Shown piece by piece: positions 47,487 to 57,986 of a DNA stretch of 64,000 nt. The stretch's first letter is position 1. Each line of letters opens with the position of its first letter. This DNA is from an uncultured virus (IMG/VR IMGVR_UViG_3300046506_000102) (Duplodnaviria; Heunggongvirae; Uroviricota; Caudoviricetes). The notes beneath the pieces are model-generated. The model was not told the origin of the DNA. It saw only the letters and a program-made list of their open reading frames with translations, and made no database searches. The DNA is taken from IMG/VR virus record IMGVR_UViG_3300046506_000102; one strand, given 5' to 3'. A program made the translations under genes and the position numbers.

Positions 47487-47663
47487 TTATCCACTGATGA
47501 TTTCGACGTTGCCGCGAATAGTTCTGATCTTGTTGTGTTTCAAATACTCAACAACGCCTTGAACATCGTCCGCGATCGTTACGTTTCTGATCACTTGACC
47601 ATCAACTTTCACGATCGGGTTTTCAAATCCGCGCGGCTTGATTTCGTCCCAAACAATCCGCAT
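47487..47663 (-). CDS. Small hypothetical protein
   Basis: Fills the terL-portal gap. Confidence 0.5.
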   Translation of the reverse strand: MRIVWDEIKPRGFENPIVKVDGQVIRNVTIADDVQGVVEYLKHNKIRTIRGNVEIISG

Positions 47664-47667
47664 CGCC

Positions 47668-49470
47668 CTACATTCCATACCGCCCAAGCATCGGCGCAAA
47701 ATCGTCACGAACCGGAAAGTACATCATTACACCAGCGTCCGCTAGGTTCGGCGACTTTGTACCATCAGGTTTTTTATCAACAACCATCCGAAGGGACGCG
47801 CCCGGCCCGTGTGTAGGCTGCGCTAGCTCTTTCATAAGCTGTTGCAACAGAGGCATGTTGCCATCTAGCGATATGAAATCATCGATCGGATAAAGCACAC
47901 CTTCCGTGATGTTCTTCCACGTCTTATAGAAACGTGTTCGCAATGACCACCACGCTTGCGCTTTGAAGTTATGAAAAAAGTCTTTGTTGAGCGCGGATTG
48001 TTCATCATCGGGAATTAGACGCGCATACGGATCAACAACCGCTGCACCGGCATTCCAGCCAACGAACGGTAGGCTTTCAGGATCAATACCGCTCGCACGA
48101 TCGCCAGAATTAAACACATCAACTAGGCGATTGTATTCCGACTTGACGGCAGAACCTACGCCGATTTCATCGTACTGAACTTTGATCAAGCGATGATTGC
48201 GGCAACTCGCAATGGCGCGACGCGTTGTAACGCCCGGATCGCGTTCGCCCCATTCTTCGACATGACGCCAGATGATGCTTTGCCGCTTCGCAAACGCGTT
48301 GCGATCGATACCGCCGTCAGCAACGTCCAAGCCAGCAACCCAATTATCACCGATCAGGTAATCAGGAATACCGGTGATGATTGAACCGTCTTTGAACTGC
48401 CAACGTATCTTTAGATGCGCGTCAACCGCCGCAGCAATCCATTCATATGGAATGATCGTATTCGAAACCGCAGCACTATAGTTACGGTCAACCTCTTGCG
48501 CGAATAGATGCTGCAACCCTTCGCGTTCGGCCTTGGCTTTACGCTGTGCGTACCAAGCCGGGGTCTTCTCCGGATGATCCTTATAATCAAAGATGAAAAC
48601 GCGCGTATGGCCCGGTTGCAGGTTGATCGCACCCGGACGCCAGTCAATGCCCGCCTCGCGCCGACGATGGAAGACGTTGCCCAAACCGTTGACGGAGGAA
48701 ATATCAATCTGAACGTTGGTGTTATCCTCTAGCGCGGCCTGCACCATTTCCGGATGCGTATAATGGGCGCTTTCGTCTTTGAAATAGACGCGCGTTCGCC
48801 CGCCTCGCCCGATGCTATCGCCAATTTCACCCGATATCACCGAACCGTTTTCCGGGTTGATCATCTTCATAAACGTCAGATGATCGCGGACGCTTAGGCC
48901 CTTCGGTTTCCAAATGTCGGGCAAACGACGAACAAGCAACCGCATCTTTTCGAAGATGGATGATGGATCGCCGATCTTATCGACCAACTCTTGCTTGCGA
49001 CTTCCCCAACCAATCGAGTCATTCGGGATGAACAACCACGAATGAACGCTATAACCGCAACACGCCCATGTTGCGCCCATGTCGCGGCACTTCTCAGTTA
49101 GACCGCTTTCAGCATCGCGCGTGCATTCTTGCAGGAAGTCAATGAACTCGGCTTGCCGCTTGAAGAAAACAAACGGTATCCACTTTGAACCTTTGCGACG
49201 CGGGTCATAAGTATCCATCCAATGCATGATGAATTCTTTGGGCCGCTTGCGATAATACGCCTTCGCACTCGCGAGCAATGCGGGGTTCGATCGCAACTTG
49301 TGCAATTGCTGCAAACGCCACGCATAAACAGCCTTGTAATTCGGGGGCCATTGTTCACGCGTCAAAAATTCCGGTTTCCACGGCTTAACGCTATCGGATA
49401 GCCCGAAAGCGCGCCAACCGATCACGTCCGCGTTTGGCGTGGAATAGCTCTTGACCATCGCAATATTCAT
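47668..49470 (-). CDS. terL: Terminase large subunit
   Basis: KCRDMGATW (Walker A-like), GRGGR..FKDESAH (Walker B), GLDVADGG.D and SPNLADA nuclease motifs; start may be 49458. Confidence 0.92.
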   Translation of the reverse strand: MNIAMVKSYSTPNADVIGWRAFGLSDSVKPWKPEFLTREQWPPNYKAVYAWRLQQLHKLRSNPALLASAKAYYRKRPKEFIMHWMDTYDPRRKGSKWIPFVFFKRQAEFIDFLQECTRDAESGLTEKCRDMGATWACCGYSVHSWLFIPNDSIGWGSRKQELVDKIGDPSSIFEKMRLLVRRLPDIWKPKGLSVRDHLTFMKMINPENGSVISGEIGDSIGRGGRTRVYFKDESAHYTHPEMVQAALEDNTNVQIDISSVNGLGNVFHRRREAGIDWRPGAINLQPGHTRVFIFDYKDHPEKTPAWYAQRKAKAEREGLQHLFAQEVDRNYSAAVSNTIIPYEWIAAAVDAHLKIRWQFKDGSIITGIPDYLIGDNWVAGLDVADGGIDRNAFAKRQSIIWRHVEEWGERDPGVTTRRAIASCRNHRLIKVQYDEIGVGSAVKSEYNRLVDVFNSGDRASGIDPESLPFVGWNAGAAVVDPYARLIPDDEQSALNKDFFHNFKAQAWWSLRTRFYKTWKNITEGVLYPIDDFISLDGNMPLLQQLMKELAQPTHGPGASLRMVVDKKPDGTKSPNLADAGVMMYFPVRDDFAPMLGRYGM

Positions 49471-49576
49471 CGCTATTCCAAATACAACCTAGATGGTCCT
49501 AGTTCGGGTTTAGTGCTTCGTTTCCATCTTATCATACTTTCCGCCTACTTTCCACAAGGCCGGGGGATATCTCGCC

Positions 49577-51533
49577 ATGCGCAAGACAAGCAAATATTAT
49601 GGTCTCGACTACTTTGTGCAGTGCTGTTGGCCCGGAAAGCACCATTTCGAGACCATCGCGGCGCTTGGCTTCAGTTCAGTCGCAATCGACTATGCCAAGG
49701 AAGTCTTGGCCCGACAGTGCGTGCCCGGCTTTCGTTACCGCGTGGTGCATCACAAAAACAATGAACCGACGTGCGTTTGGCGTAGTTATGAAGACGCAAA
49801 AGAAAAATCGACCGAAGCAACAATCAGCGCTTGACCATCGCAATTTTCATCGCTATCAATTACGTAATGGTTCACGGCAATTCCGCCCCAACCATCGGAG
49901 TTAAGATGCATAACGAATTCGTCACTTTCGCCGCCCGCTTCGGTGTCGCTGTTGCCGATGCTTACGTGCTGCCCGCTCTTTTCGAGCGTAGCGCGGAAAT
50001 GGCGAAAATGCCGGTTCGTGCGCTGCTTTCGCAAGCAACGTATTCCAACAAGGCTTTGGGCGAATACCTCGCCAACGCTGCCCGCAAGGTCGCAACCGAA
50101 GATCGGAAAGGCTGACCGATGCTGTTGAACTGGCGAACCGTTACCCCGTCGAATGAACCGCGCCATATGGTGCGCGGTACGGAGTTGGAAAGCGCAATTC
50201 CGGACGGGTTTCGCTCGCGGTTCGCCGTTTACAGCATTCGAACGGTTGAACGTGATCTGTCATTCACGTTCGAACACGTGAACCAATACGATCGGCGCTA
50301 TGTCGTCCGCGATGCCGAAACGGTTAGCGATGCCGACGTGAAAGACGGCAAGCGCCCTGCCATCATCGCGCAATTTGCGACCGAAATCGAGTTGTGCGCT
50401 TGGTTGGATCAGCAACCGAAGGCCAACGAACAATGAAAGTCATCTATCAGGCATCAACCTACACACCGGAACTAGTGACCGGTCTTTATGTGCGGTGCCA
50501 TGGGCGCAAAGGCGCGTACCTGTTCCGCGTGATCGAAGCTGCAAGCGGTCAAGCGCACCCGTTCAAGGGCAAGCCCGGCCACGGCAACACCCTGCGCGAG
50601 TATGATTGCGACGGATCGGGATTGCCGGTTGAATTGCGCGATCGGTGCATTGCGTCGAAGCGAACCGAGTTATGGAAATATCAATAACGCTGATATGCCC
50701 ATCAGCGTTAGCCCGGTCAAAATTTGTTTTCCTCCAAGTTGCTCATTTTGACCGGGCAATGAATTTGAAGGTGAAATGATGCTGCGCTTAAAAGACGAAA
50801 CCACCGATCACGACACGTTGCATTTCGCCATTGAACGCGAGTGGAAGCGCGATCAAGTTCAGCGCGATTTCTGGCGCGATCACGGATGGGGCAAGTTCTA
50901 TATTCCTCCGATCGGAGGGCTGACCGCAACCGCTATCGGCCCGGCTAATATGACGCATGATGACATCGGCCCGCAGCCCTGCGCATTCGCTCGATACGAT
51001 CGGGAAACCGGCTTTATCGTTGTTACAACGCCGCTCGATACGTCTTACAAATGGATGATTCCGCTTCGCTTCAATCCGTGGGGTATGATCCGGACGCCGC
51101 TAATCAACCCCACAAATCGAGGGCGCTATTGATGACCGATAAACCGCCCTACGCGCGCAACTGCGCTTTCAATCAGTGTATCCAGCCCGCTATTTGCGAC
51201 GCATCGCAGGCTTGTATCTGGAATGCGAGCGACGTGCCGATGATTGAGGGAACGGTGATCGCGAAGCAAAGCAACCCGCTTGACGACACGCCAAAAGCCA
51301 CGCCTACTCGCGTCGCATACATCGTGTGGAATGCTGCGCGCACCGAGGGCTATATCACCTTTGACCAACAAGTGGCGTATGAAGCGCGCAAAGGTGCTGA
51401 AAGCAATTGCTTCGATGAAGACGGAACGCAAATGAAACTCGCGCAAGCGTTCTGCGAAATTTACAGCGGTCACGAAGACGCAACGAAACAGATTGTTGTA
51501 ATCAGCGAGCCGCCAGCGTATCCGGGGGATTAG
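49577..51533 (+). other. Early gene cassette between terS and terL (49577-49834, 49906-50115, 50119-50436, 50433-50687, 50776-51132, 51132-51533)
   Basis: Small ORFs behind repeated promoter copies at 49451 and 49831. Confidence 0.6.
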
Positions 51534-51913
51534 GACGGGCGAGGAATAAGCCCTTCGTCATAGCAGTAAGCCTGCATCTGCGACGCAACGCCTTCAATCC
51601 CATCCTTGGCGACGAAGCCCGGAACGTTAGCGACGAATTCGCACACCGGGCAACGCTCCGAACCGTCTTCTTTCGGCATCATCACAGCAAGCCCGCCGCA
51701 TTCGAGCGCGCTGTTCATCCAATGCCAATTCATTGACATCAGCGGATCAAACGGCGCGGCCTTGTGCGGTTCGGGATCACCGTTCTTTGCGGCTTCCAAC
51801 TGCGCAACTTCGTTCGCAATTGCCGTTGCACCATCCTTCGCGATCAGCAATGACATGCCTTTGTTGTCGATTGCTTCGCGCATCATCGCCCAATGGTCTT
51901 TGCACATTCGCAT
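51530..51913 (-). CDS. Hypothetical protein
   Basis: CxxH...CPVC putative Zn ligands. Confidence 0.6.
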   Translation of the reverse strand: MRMCKDHWAMMREAIDNKGMSLLIAKDGATAIANEVAQLEAAKNGDPEPHKAAPFDPLMSMNWHWMNSALECGGLAVMMPKEDGSERCPVCEFVANVPGFVAKDGIEGVASQMQAYCYDEGLIPRPS

Positions 51914-51937
51914 GGGTAATTCCTTGAAGGGGGCGGA

Positions 51938-53368
51938 CTAGACAATGATCGCAGGGTTGAACACGCCGCCCGTGTTGAATAGCATGTTCATGGGCGGGCA
52001 CTCATGGATGCCGTCACTTGTCGGCGGGTTGCAGAACATCGTTGTTGCACTGCCGATGGTGTTCGTGAGAGCCATGTTATAGGTGCCCGTCCCGCCAGTA
52101 CCGGTTCCAAAGGTTTGAATTTGCTGAGCCGCGAGCCCACCAACCTCACTGATTGCTGTGTTGGCCGTCAAAGCACCACTAGCAACCGCCGATACCGTCA
52201 TAGTTTTGGTGGCAATAGTCGCGGTGAATTGCGATGTGATCGTATCGACACGCCACTTACCGCTGTTGCGTGTAATCTCTGCAACGTCCGCAAATTCAAG
52301 GAAGCCGGAGACCCCTGCAATACCACCCGCCCTAAGTAAATCGTTATAGGCGGTGCGTTGAGCTTCCTTGGTTGAGACAGTTTGGTTAGCCGTCGTCGAA
52401 AATGCGTCGGTGGATGTAGTAACAGGCGTGAGCGTGCATAAAAACGCAGGCTTTCCCGCAAGGTACTGCATCCCTAGAATGCTCTGCGCGTCGGAAACGC
52501 TCTGTGCGGGCGTCCTTGCAGGGAAGTTGTTGATACCAAGCTCATAGACGATGTGCGAACACCACTGAGCAAGCTCACGCTGCTTCGTGCTCTGCGCGAT
52601 ATAGTTAGGTGTTGACTGAGAATGCACACCGTCGTTGATGTACGGGAAGTAAGGCCCGATCGATCTAGCCAACTGTCCGGTGTCGGTTGATGCATCGTTG
52701 AAGAAATCAAGCGCGCCTTCAACACGACTATCACCAAGCAAGAAGATCGCGGGAGTATTCGACGGTCCAATAATAGCAGCGGGACAGAAACCAGCATCAC
52801 CGACTGTATTAGTGCTGGTGATCGTGCCGCCCATGGTTTGGTCGGTAAGCCCGGATGCCGCCTGCTTGAAGCGCTCACCGTTGAGTTCATCGCGACCACC
52901 ATTGTAGATGGAAGCAACACCCAAAGCAGCCGGGGAATTGTTCAAAAACCCTGCGGCTGATTGCCAGAAGATGCGCACAAAGAACGCCGCACCTGCGGGG
53001 ATACTTACTGACATCATGTCAGATACGTTGTTCGTGTTGTCGGGCAATACACCCGTTGCTGAGCCGCCGAAGGTGATTTGCGTAAACGTACCGTTGTACT
53101 CAAACGCTGCTGTAACAGTCGCCGTTCCACCTAGAGCATGTTCAGCCAAATCTTGGTGCTTCACCCACCACGTAGGAATAACAATAGCGGCCCTAGTGAT
53201 TGTCGTACGCGCAATGTGCCTAGACCGCGACATGACTTGATTGGTCGCGCCGAATGTTGCCGTGTTGTTTGGATGGCGTGAACGTGTAGCCAACTGTCGA
53301 ATTGGCTTGCTCGCTCCACCAATGGGATCGAAAACGCCACCAATTTTTTGCGATGGTGCGAGTTGCAT
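51938..53368 (-). CDS. SGNH/GDSL hydrolase-domain protein
   Basis: Blocks LLGDSR, NDG, ELGINN, SDGIH. Confidence 0.8.
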   Translation of the reverse strand: MQLAPSQKIGGVFDPIGGASKPIRQLATRSRHPNNTATFGATNQVMSRSRHIARTTITRAAIVIPTWWVKHQDLAEHALGGTATVTAAFEYNGTFTQITFGGSATGVLPDNTNNVSDMMSVSIPAGAAFFVRIFWQSAAGFLNNSPAALGVASIYNGGRDELNGERFKQAASGLTDQTMGGTITSTNTVGDAGFCPAAIIGPSNTPAIFLLGDSRVEGALDFFNDASTDTGQLARSIGPYFPYINDGVHSQSTPNYIAQSTKQRELAQWCSHIVYELGINNFPARTPAQSVSDAQSILGMQYLAGKPAFLCTLTPVTTSTDAFSTTANQTVSTKEAQRTAYNDLLRAGGIAGVSGFLEFADVAEITRNSGKWRVDTITSQFTATIATKTMTVSAVASGALTANTAISEVGGLAAQQIQTFGTGTGGTGTYNMALTNTIGSATTMFCNPPTSDGIHECPPMNMLFNTGGVFNPAIIV

Positions 53369-53396
53369 ATTCTAATCCCACTATTGCGAATTGCGA

Positions 53397-53963
53397 TTAG
53401 GCGAAATCGCCGCCGACCTTGTATTCGGCGGATGCACCGTCAGCATTTTTCAACACGACAAGTGATCCGGATTGATATTGCGATGATGTTGCGGCACCGC
53501 CCGCTCGTTTCGTTGCGCCTGTATCTGATGCAAGCGTGATCGTTCCGGTTGACCATTGCGCAAAGCCGACGTTGAACCCTTCCATAAGGGTGTTCGGCAC
53601 GGTGATCGTCACGTTGGCGCTATCGTCGCAACGGAAGATTTTTCCGTTATCTTCGTTTTTGAGCGCAAACGATCCGGTGAAACCTTCGATGTTTCCGACT
53701 TCGGTTGCAGCGCTAAAGCCCGGCTTGGCGATGGTGTAAGTGAGAAAATCGGCAGCGCTCGCTTCGATCGAATATTCGCGACTTGTCGGGAATGGGCCAA
53801 ACTTTTTCGATTGCCCTGCTGCGATGTTCGTAAGCTGATAGCCGGTAAGGTTGTTTCCGATTTTGCGAACAACACCGGTTGCGAGGTTCTTTGACAAAAC
53901 CGTCAACGTATATCCAGCCTCCAACACAATCTTTTGCGATGAATTTGCGTTGATATCGGGCAT
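53397..53963 (-). CDS. Beta-rich putative virion appendage protein
   Basis: D.GK......VTITVP.TL..GF pattern seen in fibre-tip domains; first gene after the duplicated promoter. Confidence 0.55.
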   Translation of the reverse strand: MPDINANSSQKIVLEAGYTLTVLSKNLATGVVRKIGNNLTGYQLTNIAAGQSKKFGPFPTSREYSIEASAADFLTYTIAKPGFSAATEVGNIEGFTGSFALKNEDNGKIFRCDDSANVTITVPNTLMEGFNVGFAQWSTGTITLASDTGATKRAGGAATSSQYQSGSLVVLKNADGASAEYKVGGDFA

Positions 53964-54045
53964 GGCTGAAATCTCCGAAAAAAACTTATCTTACCAACGC
54001 ACCTATCTGATTTATGCCATGTGGTCAATTACGGATAATTCGCAA

Positions 54046-54432
54046 TCAACTTGTTTTTTCAACCGGACTTGGTGGAATAACGCTAAGATCGATTTCGCCG
54101 ATGAAGCCGCCATGAATGAGCGTATAGGCGATGCGACCATGCGGCTTTGCGCTGCTATCCGCCATGCGCAAGCAATTCCCGGTAACGCCAGAGATCGCGC
54201 CGCAAATCGCTTTCACCAATTCATCGGACGTGCTGACGTTGTGTTCGCGCCACGCAACAGCAACTAGATCGATATCGCGCTTTAGCGATCCATGAACCGC
54301 AACCGCGTAGCCGTGATGACGTGCGGCAATCCTGATCGGCGGTAAGATCGCATCAAGCAACGAACGGCAAAATGCGCCCGTTGCTTCGCGGATCGCTTCC
54401 GTTTGATCGCGCTTCACGTCATCATCAGCCAC
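54046..54432 (-). CDS. Hypothetical protein with minimal nucleotidyltransferase-like motif
   Basis: GYAVAVHGSLKRDIDLVAV...IDLS. Confidence 0.5.
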   Translation of the reverse strand: MADDDVKRDQTEAIREATGAFCRSLLDAILPPIRIAARHHGYAVAVHGSLKRDIDLVAVAWREHNVSTSDELVKAICGAISGVTGNCLRMADSSAKPHGRIAYTLIHGGFIGEIDLSVIPPSPVEKTS

Positions 54433-54548
54433 GGGCTAACCCGTATTCCAGTGCTTTTGCAACCACTTCGCGAGCGCTGGCAGCACCATCAGAAACGCGA
54501 CGATCAACACAATGATGATCAACGTCATCGGGTTTTCCCCATATGATG

Positions 54549-54875
54549 CTAAGCGAGAACCGGCACGCGAGCAGAGGGATGGCCCGCGTCTTCGTGGAAG
54601 TCGCCATTTTTATCCACGAAACCAGAGATCAAATAAATGGCGATCACCTTTTCATCGAGATCGCTGTTATGATCTTCGACCCCACCATAAATATGGTAGT
54701 CGATACCCATAACCGTTTTATCGAATTCGACATCATCGATCGTCACTTTCACCTGCTGCTTGGCGAAAAGCTCGTCAAGAGCATCTGACAATTTCTGCTG
54801 ATCCACCTTGATAGGTTTGTCACCATCGATGATGTTGTTAACGATCGCGATCGCTTGCGCTTTATCGAAAGACAT
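54549..54875 (-). CDS. Hypothetical acidic protein
   Basis: SD GAGAGGA. Confidence 0.5.
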   Translation of the reverse strand: MSFDKAQAIAIVNNIIDGDKPIKVDQQKLSDALDELFAKQQVKVTIDDVEFDKTVMGIDYHIYGGVEDHNSDLDEKVIAIYLISGFVDKNGDFHEDAGHPSARVPVLA

Positions 54876-54886
54876 TTCTAATCCTC

Positions 54887-56245
54887 TCAGAACGAATTGC
54901 GCTTGACGACTTGACACTGCTGCGCGCGAATTGTCGGAGCATTCGCACCGGACGCTTGCACAATGAAGCGATAGGAAATGAACGCACCCGCGCCTTTCGT
55001 TTGGATTTGATATGCAGGCGTGCGGAACGTGACGTAATAGCCTTCGGTTCCTAGTGCGATATTGTTCAAAGGGATCAAATCGCGCAGGATGAAAGTCGTG
55101 GTGCCGTCGTTGTACTGCAATTCGATGTAGCAGCCCGCGATTGCAACACCAGCATCAATCACGGCAGCGCCAACACCTTCGATGATATCGCCGATGTTGA
55201 TGTTACCGATTGCCGGGTCTTGTTGAAGACGAATAAGATCACCAGCCGCCGACATGGTACACGCCAAGACGCATTCCGATCCGGGCGCACCGTTGGCCGG
55301 AGCAGCATTGACCGACGCCGCAACACTCTGCGTTCCGCTGCCACCGGAACGAAGCGCCGTCCAGCTTCCGGGTGGCGTTCCCGTTGAACCCGCGCCGTTG
55401 GTGCCGCCAGTGGTGACGAATAGCGGATTGGCGAGCAGGTTACGCAACGAGATCGATGGAATTTCGGTAACATCAGAAGGCAGGAACGACACTGCGGGCC
55501 AATTCGCCTGAATATACGCCGCACGGGCGACACTGAGATAATACGCACCCTTGTTGCTATCATGCGTGCCGCTACCAACACTTTCCTGCATGTAGCCGGA
55601 TTTCATGCGGATGGTCGTCGTGGTCGATGCGGTCGGATCGTGCGACGCGGCCCAATCATCGATCAAGTTGACGCGTGCATCGCCCTCATACGCATCGCGA
55701 CACAGACGATTATACTCAATGCCCGTCGCGATTTGTGCCGCAGTGTAGTTCTCTGCGCAGCGATCTAGATTGAGCGAGACGACTTGACCACCCATGCGGA
55801 AAAAGCGATCGATCGCGTATTGAGCGAAAGAAAACTCAACCGCTGCGACGTTGGCAAGGGTCACAGCAACGCCTTGGTTTGGAAGCGCGGGCCAACGGCT
55901 AGGCCAACCCGACTGCACCACCGTTGTATAGCCTGCAACGGCAGGACCGGGGGCGTTGACGAAACATTCCAATATCATATGGCCGGGTTTCAACGCGAGC
56001 AGCGTCGGCAACCGCGCAATCATCTGGTCGCCGCGCTCACCGCTCACACCGCCGTTGTATATGAACTTGAGCCTATGTCCGCTGCGTGCATTCGCAAACG
56101 TCCACGTATTGTAGCCGCTAACAGTCGTTGGCACCAACGCGCCAGCCGTTACCGTTTGGCTGGAATACATCTGCGCCATGCGACTATTACCAAGCGTGGC
56201 AGTCCTAGACCGTGCCCAAGCCGCATCGAAAGTGTTGACGTTCAT
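54887..56245 (-). CDS. SGNH-like esterase with C-terminal carbohydrate-binding-like domain
   Basis: LGNSR, NGGVSG, FVN, GTH blocks; NLLANPLF starts a beta-rich domain. Confidence 0.7.
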   Translation of the reverse strand: MNVNTFDAAWARSRTATLGNSRMAQMYSSQTVTAGALVPTTVSGYNTWTFANARSGHRLKFIYNGGVSGERGDQMIARLPTLLALKPGHMILECFVNAPGPAVAGYTTVVQSGWPSRWPALPNQGVAVTLANVAAVEFSFAQYAIDRFFRMGGQVVSLNLDRCAENYTAAQIATGIEYNRLCRDAYEGDARVNLIDDWAASHDPTASTTTTIRMKSGYMQESVGSGTHDSNKGAYYLSVARAAYIQANWPAVSFLPSDVTEIPSISLRNLLANPLFVTTGGTNGAGSTGTPPGSWTALRSGGSGTQSVAASVNAAPANGAPGSECVLACTMSAAGDLIRLQQDPAIGNINIGDIIEGVGAAVIDAGVAIAGCYIELQYNDGTTTFILRDLIPLNNIALGTEGYYVTFRTPAYQIQTKGAGAFISYRFIVQASGANAPTIRAQQCQVVKRNSF

Positions 56246-56246
56246 T

Positions 56247-56429
56247 TCAACTTGTTCCTACAGCTATGGTGATACGTTGTTCATCACCGTTGATGTCGGT
56301 GACTGTCTCAAATTGCTCAACACCATCGATATCGGTGACAGTCACGAACTGTTGGCCGGATGGGGGATTATTCGTTCCACCGATTGGAGCGGTCACGCTG
56401 CTGATATCGAGGCCAATCCCGATCCGCAT
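56247..56429 (-). CDS. Small protein with internal repeat
   Basis: MRIGIGL start; TVTDI.G.EQ repeated twice. Confidence 0.6.
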   Translation of the reverse strand: MRIGIGLDISSVTAPIGGTNNPPSGQQFVTVTDIDGVEQFETVTDINGDEQRITIAVGTS

Positions 56430-56434
56430 TGCGA

Positions 56435-56722
56435 TTAACTCGCGGCTTTGATGTTGATCACCGCGCCACGCTTGGCAAAGATCGGGTAGGAAACGCCACC
56501 GCTCGGAATGGGAATGCCGTTGACGTTTGCGTCCGGTGCGCCGAGATCAACCGCAGCGAGTATCATTCCGCTTTCGGTGTTTCCGATGATGATAAATTCG
56601 TTGTCGGATACCTGATCGGTGCTTGTCGCGCCGACTGCGAGCGATACGGTTTTCCGAACCTGATGAATTCCGGACGCTGAACCGGATGCTTTCGGAGTGC
56701 AGAAAGACACATAGGCGGGCAT
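56435..56722 (-). CDS. Small beta-rich putative structural protein
   Basis: SD GGAGA; first gene after the duplicated promoter. Confidence 0.6.
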   Translation of the reverse strand: MPAYVSFCTPKASGSASGIHQVRKTVSLAVGATSTDQVSDNEFIIIGNTESGMILAAVDLGAPDANVNGIPIPSGGVSYPIFAKRGAVINIKAAS

Positions 56723-56798
56723 GGCAAATCTCCGAAAGGTGGCTACCCTTCGCGCCTATCTGATTTATGCCATGTGGTCAATCACGAACGGTTGCCAA

Positions 56799-56996
56799 TT
56801 AACCGTTTTCGCTATCAACGCTCATAACGCCGACTAAGACGCTATAGCGCACACCATCCATTTCGAAATTCCATGATGCTTTCGTGCTCGGTGCCATCTG
56901 ATGAATTTTGCGAACACGATCGGCCATTTCCACAATCTTGAAACCGATTTGCGCAGCATCATCGATCGCTAGCAACGTCGCATCTTGATCAGCCAT
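56799..56996 (-). CDS. Hypothetical protein
   Basis: Coupled to terS. Confidence 0.55.
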   Translation of the reverse strand: MADQDATLLAIDDAAQIGFKIVEMADRVRKIHQMAPSTKASWNFEMDGVRYSVLVGVMSVDSENG

Positions 56997-56998
56997 CG

Positions 56999-57622
56999 CT
57001 AACCCCCAATCTCACGTGCATAAAGCGCCGCCGCCGCATCTTCGTCGATACCATTCGGCAACATCGTGGCTTGTGACGGCTGAACCGACTGCTCTTGTTT
57101 GAGCCAATGCGCGTTGTTGTCAGTCAACAATCCCTGATAGCGCATCATATTGCCAAGCGCGGCCAACTTGTCATGCAACGTGAACTTGATCTTTTTGCCA
57201 CCGCGCGGCTTTTCTTCGATCTCGATAGACTTGACCGCTTCCATCATTTCAGGCGTGCAATTAGCGAAATCGGGTTCGGGTTCGCCCCACTCGTTGATTT
57301 TGACGTAATTGCTGATGTTCGAATACGCGATGACGGCGTTTGCCTTCAACGTCCGCATAATCGAAATATCGTACAGTTCCGATAGCTCTTTCACCCGTTC
57401 AGCAATCGCAGCGCGGACCATGGGGCGCGCAAGCATCGCAACGGCCCGCTGATCCAATTCCCAAGGGAACGGCTGCTGTAGGACCGCTAGAAGCCGTTGG
57501 CCGGTCTTTTCCGCGATGCCCTCGATATCCTTCACATACCCGTCAACGAACTTCCGTTCCCATTGGTCGATTTGACCATAGGCCGGGCGGAAATCCATCG
57601 GTGGCGTAATCGGCGCAAGCAT
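56999..57622 (-). CDS. terS: Terminase small subunit
   Basis: RKFVDGYV...LARPMVRAAI...IAYSNI...KFTLHDKLAAL Terminase_2-like pattern. Confidence 0.8.
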   Translation of the reverse strand: MLAPITPPMDFRPAYGQIDQWERKFVDGYVKDIEGIAEKTGQRLLAVLQQPFPWELDQRAVAMLARPMVRAAIAERVKELSELYDISIMRTLKANAVIAYSNISNYVKINEWGEPEPDFANCTPEMMEAVKSIEIEEKPRGGKKIKFTLHDKLAALGNMMRYQGLLTDNNAHWLKQEQSVQPSQATMLPNGIDEDAAAALYAREIGG

Positions 57623-57782
57623 AGCCCTAGATATTGGCTATTCGTCCAATTTTGTCAATTTTGCCTGTTGACCATTGTTGACCGAACGGACCATCGCAAT
57701 TAATTTCGCCTATTGACTGCCTACTTTCCACGTGGTTGGGATATTAACACAACGATAACAGTTATAGGCGAGTACCGAAATC

Positions 57783-57926
57783 ATGCGTTATACCATTGCG
57801 ATCAGCGACGCGACCGGCCAAATCCACGTGTTTGATGAGAACGGGAACCCCTGCGGTGGACCGTACAAAGACGAAAAGAGCGCGAAACGTGGAATTCGTC
57901 GCTTGAAACGCAAAGAAAGAGATTGA
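57783..57926 (+). CDS. Small protein, paralog of the next gene's N-terminus
   Basis: Hand-read 47 aa ORF MRYTIAISD...CGGPYKDEKSAKRGIRRLKRKERD. Confidence 0.6.
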   Translation: MRYTIAISDATGQIHVFDENGNPCGGPYKDEKSAKRGIRRLKRKERD

Positions 57927-57986
57927 CCAGAAACTTTCCACATGGTTAGTTTGCATCACCGTCAACCACCAGAGCGAGACATCGCA

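Noticed and set aside
49400..49470. TerL N-terminal WRAF|G as a fifth cleavable leader (also GVFDP in the 53368 gene)
   Set aside because: TerL start is uncertain and the segment contains Asp and lacks the LLS-type core; the match may be chance
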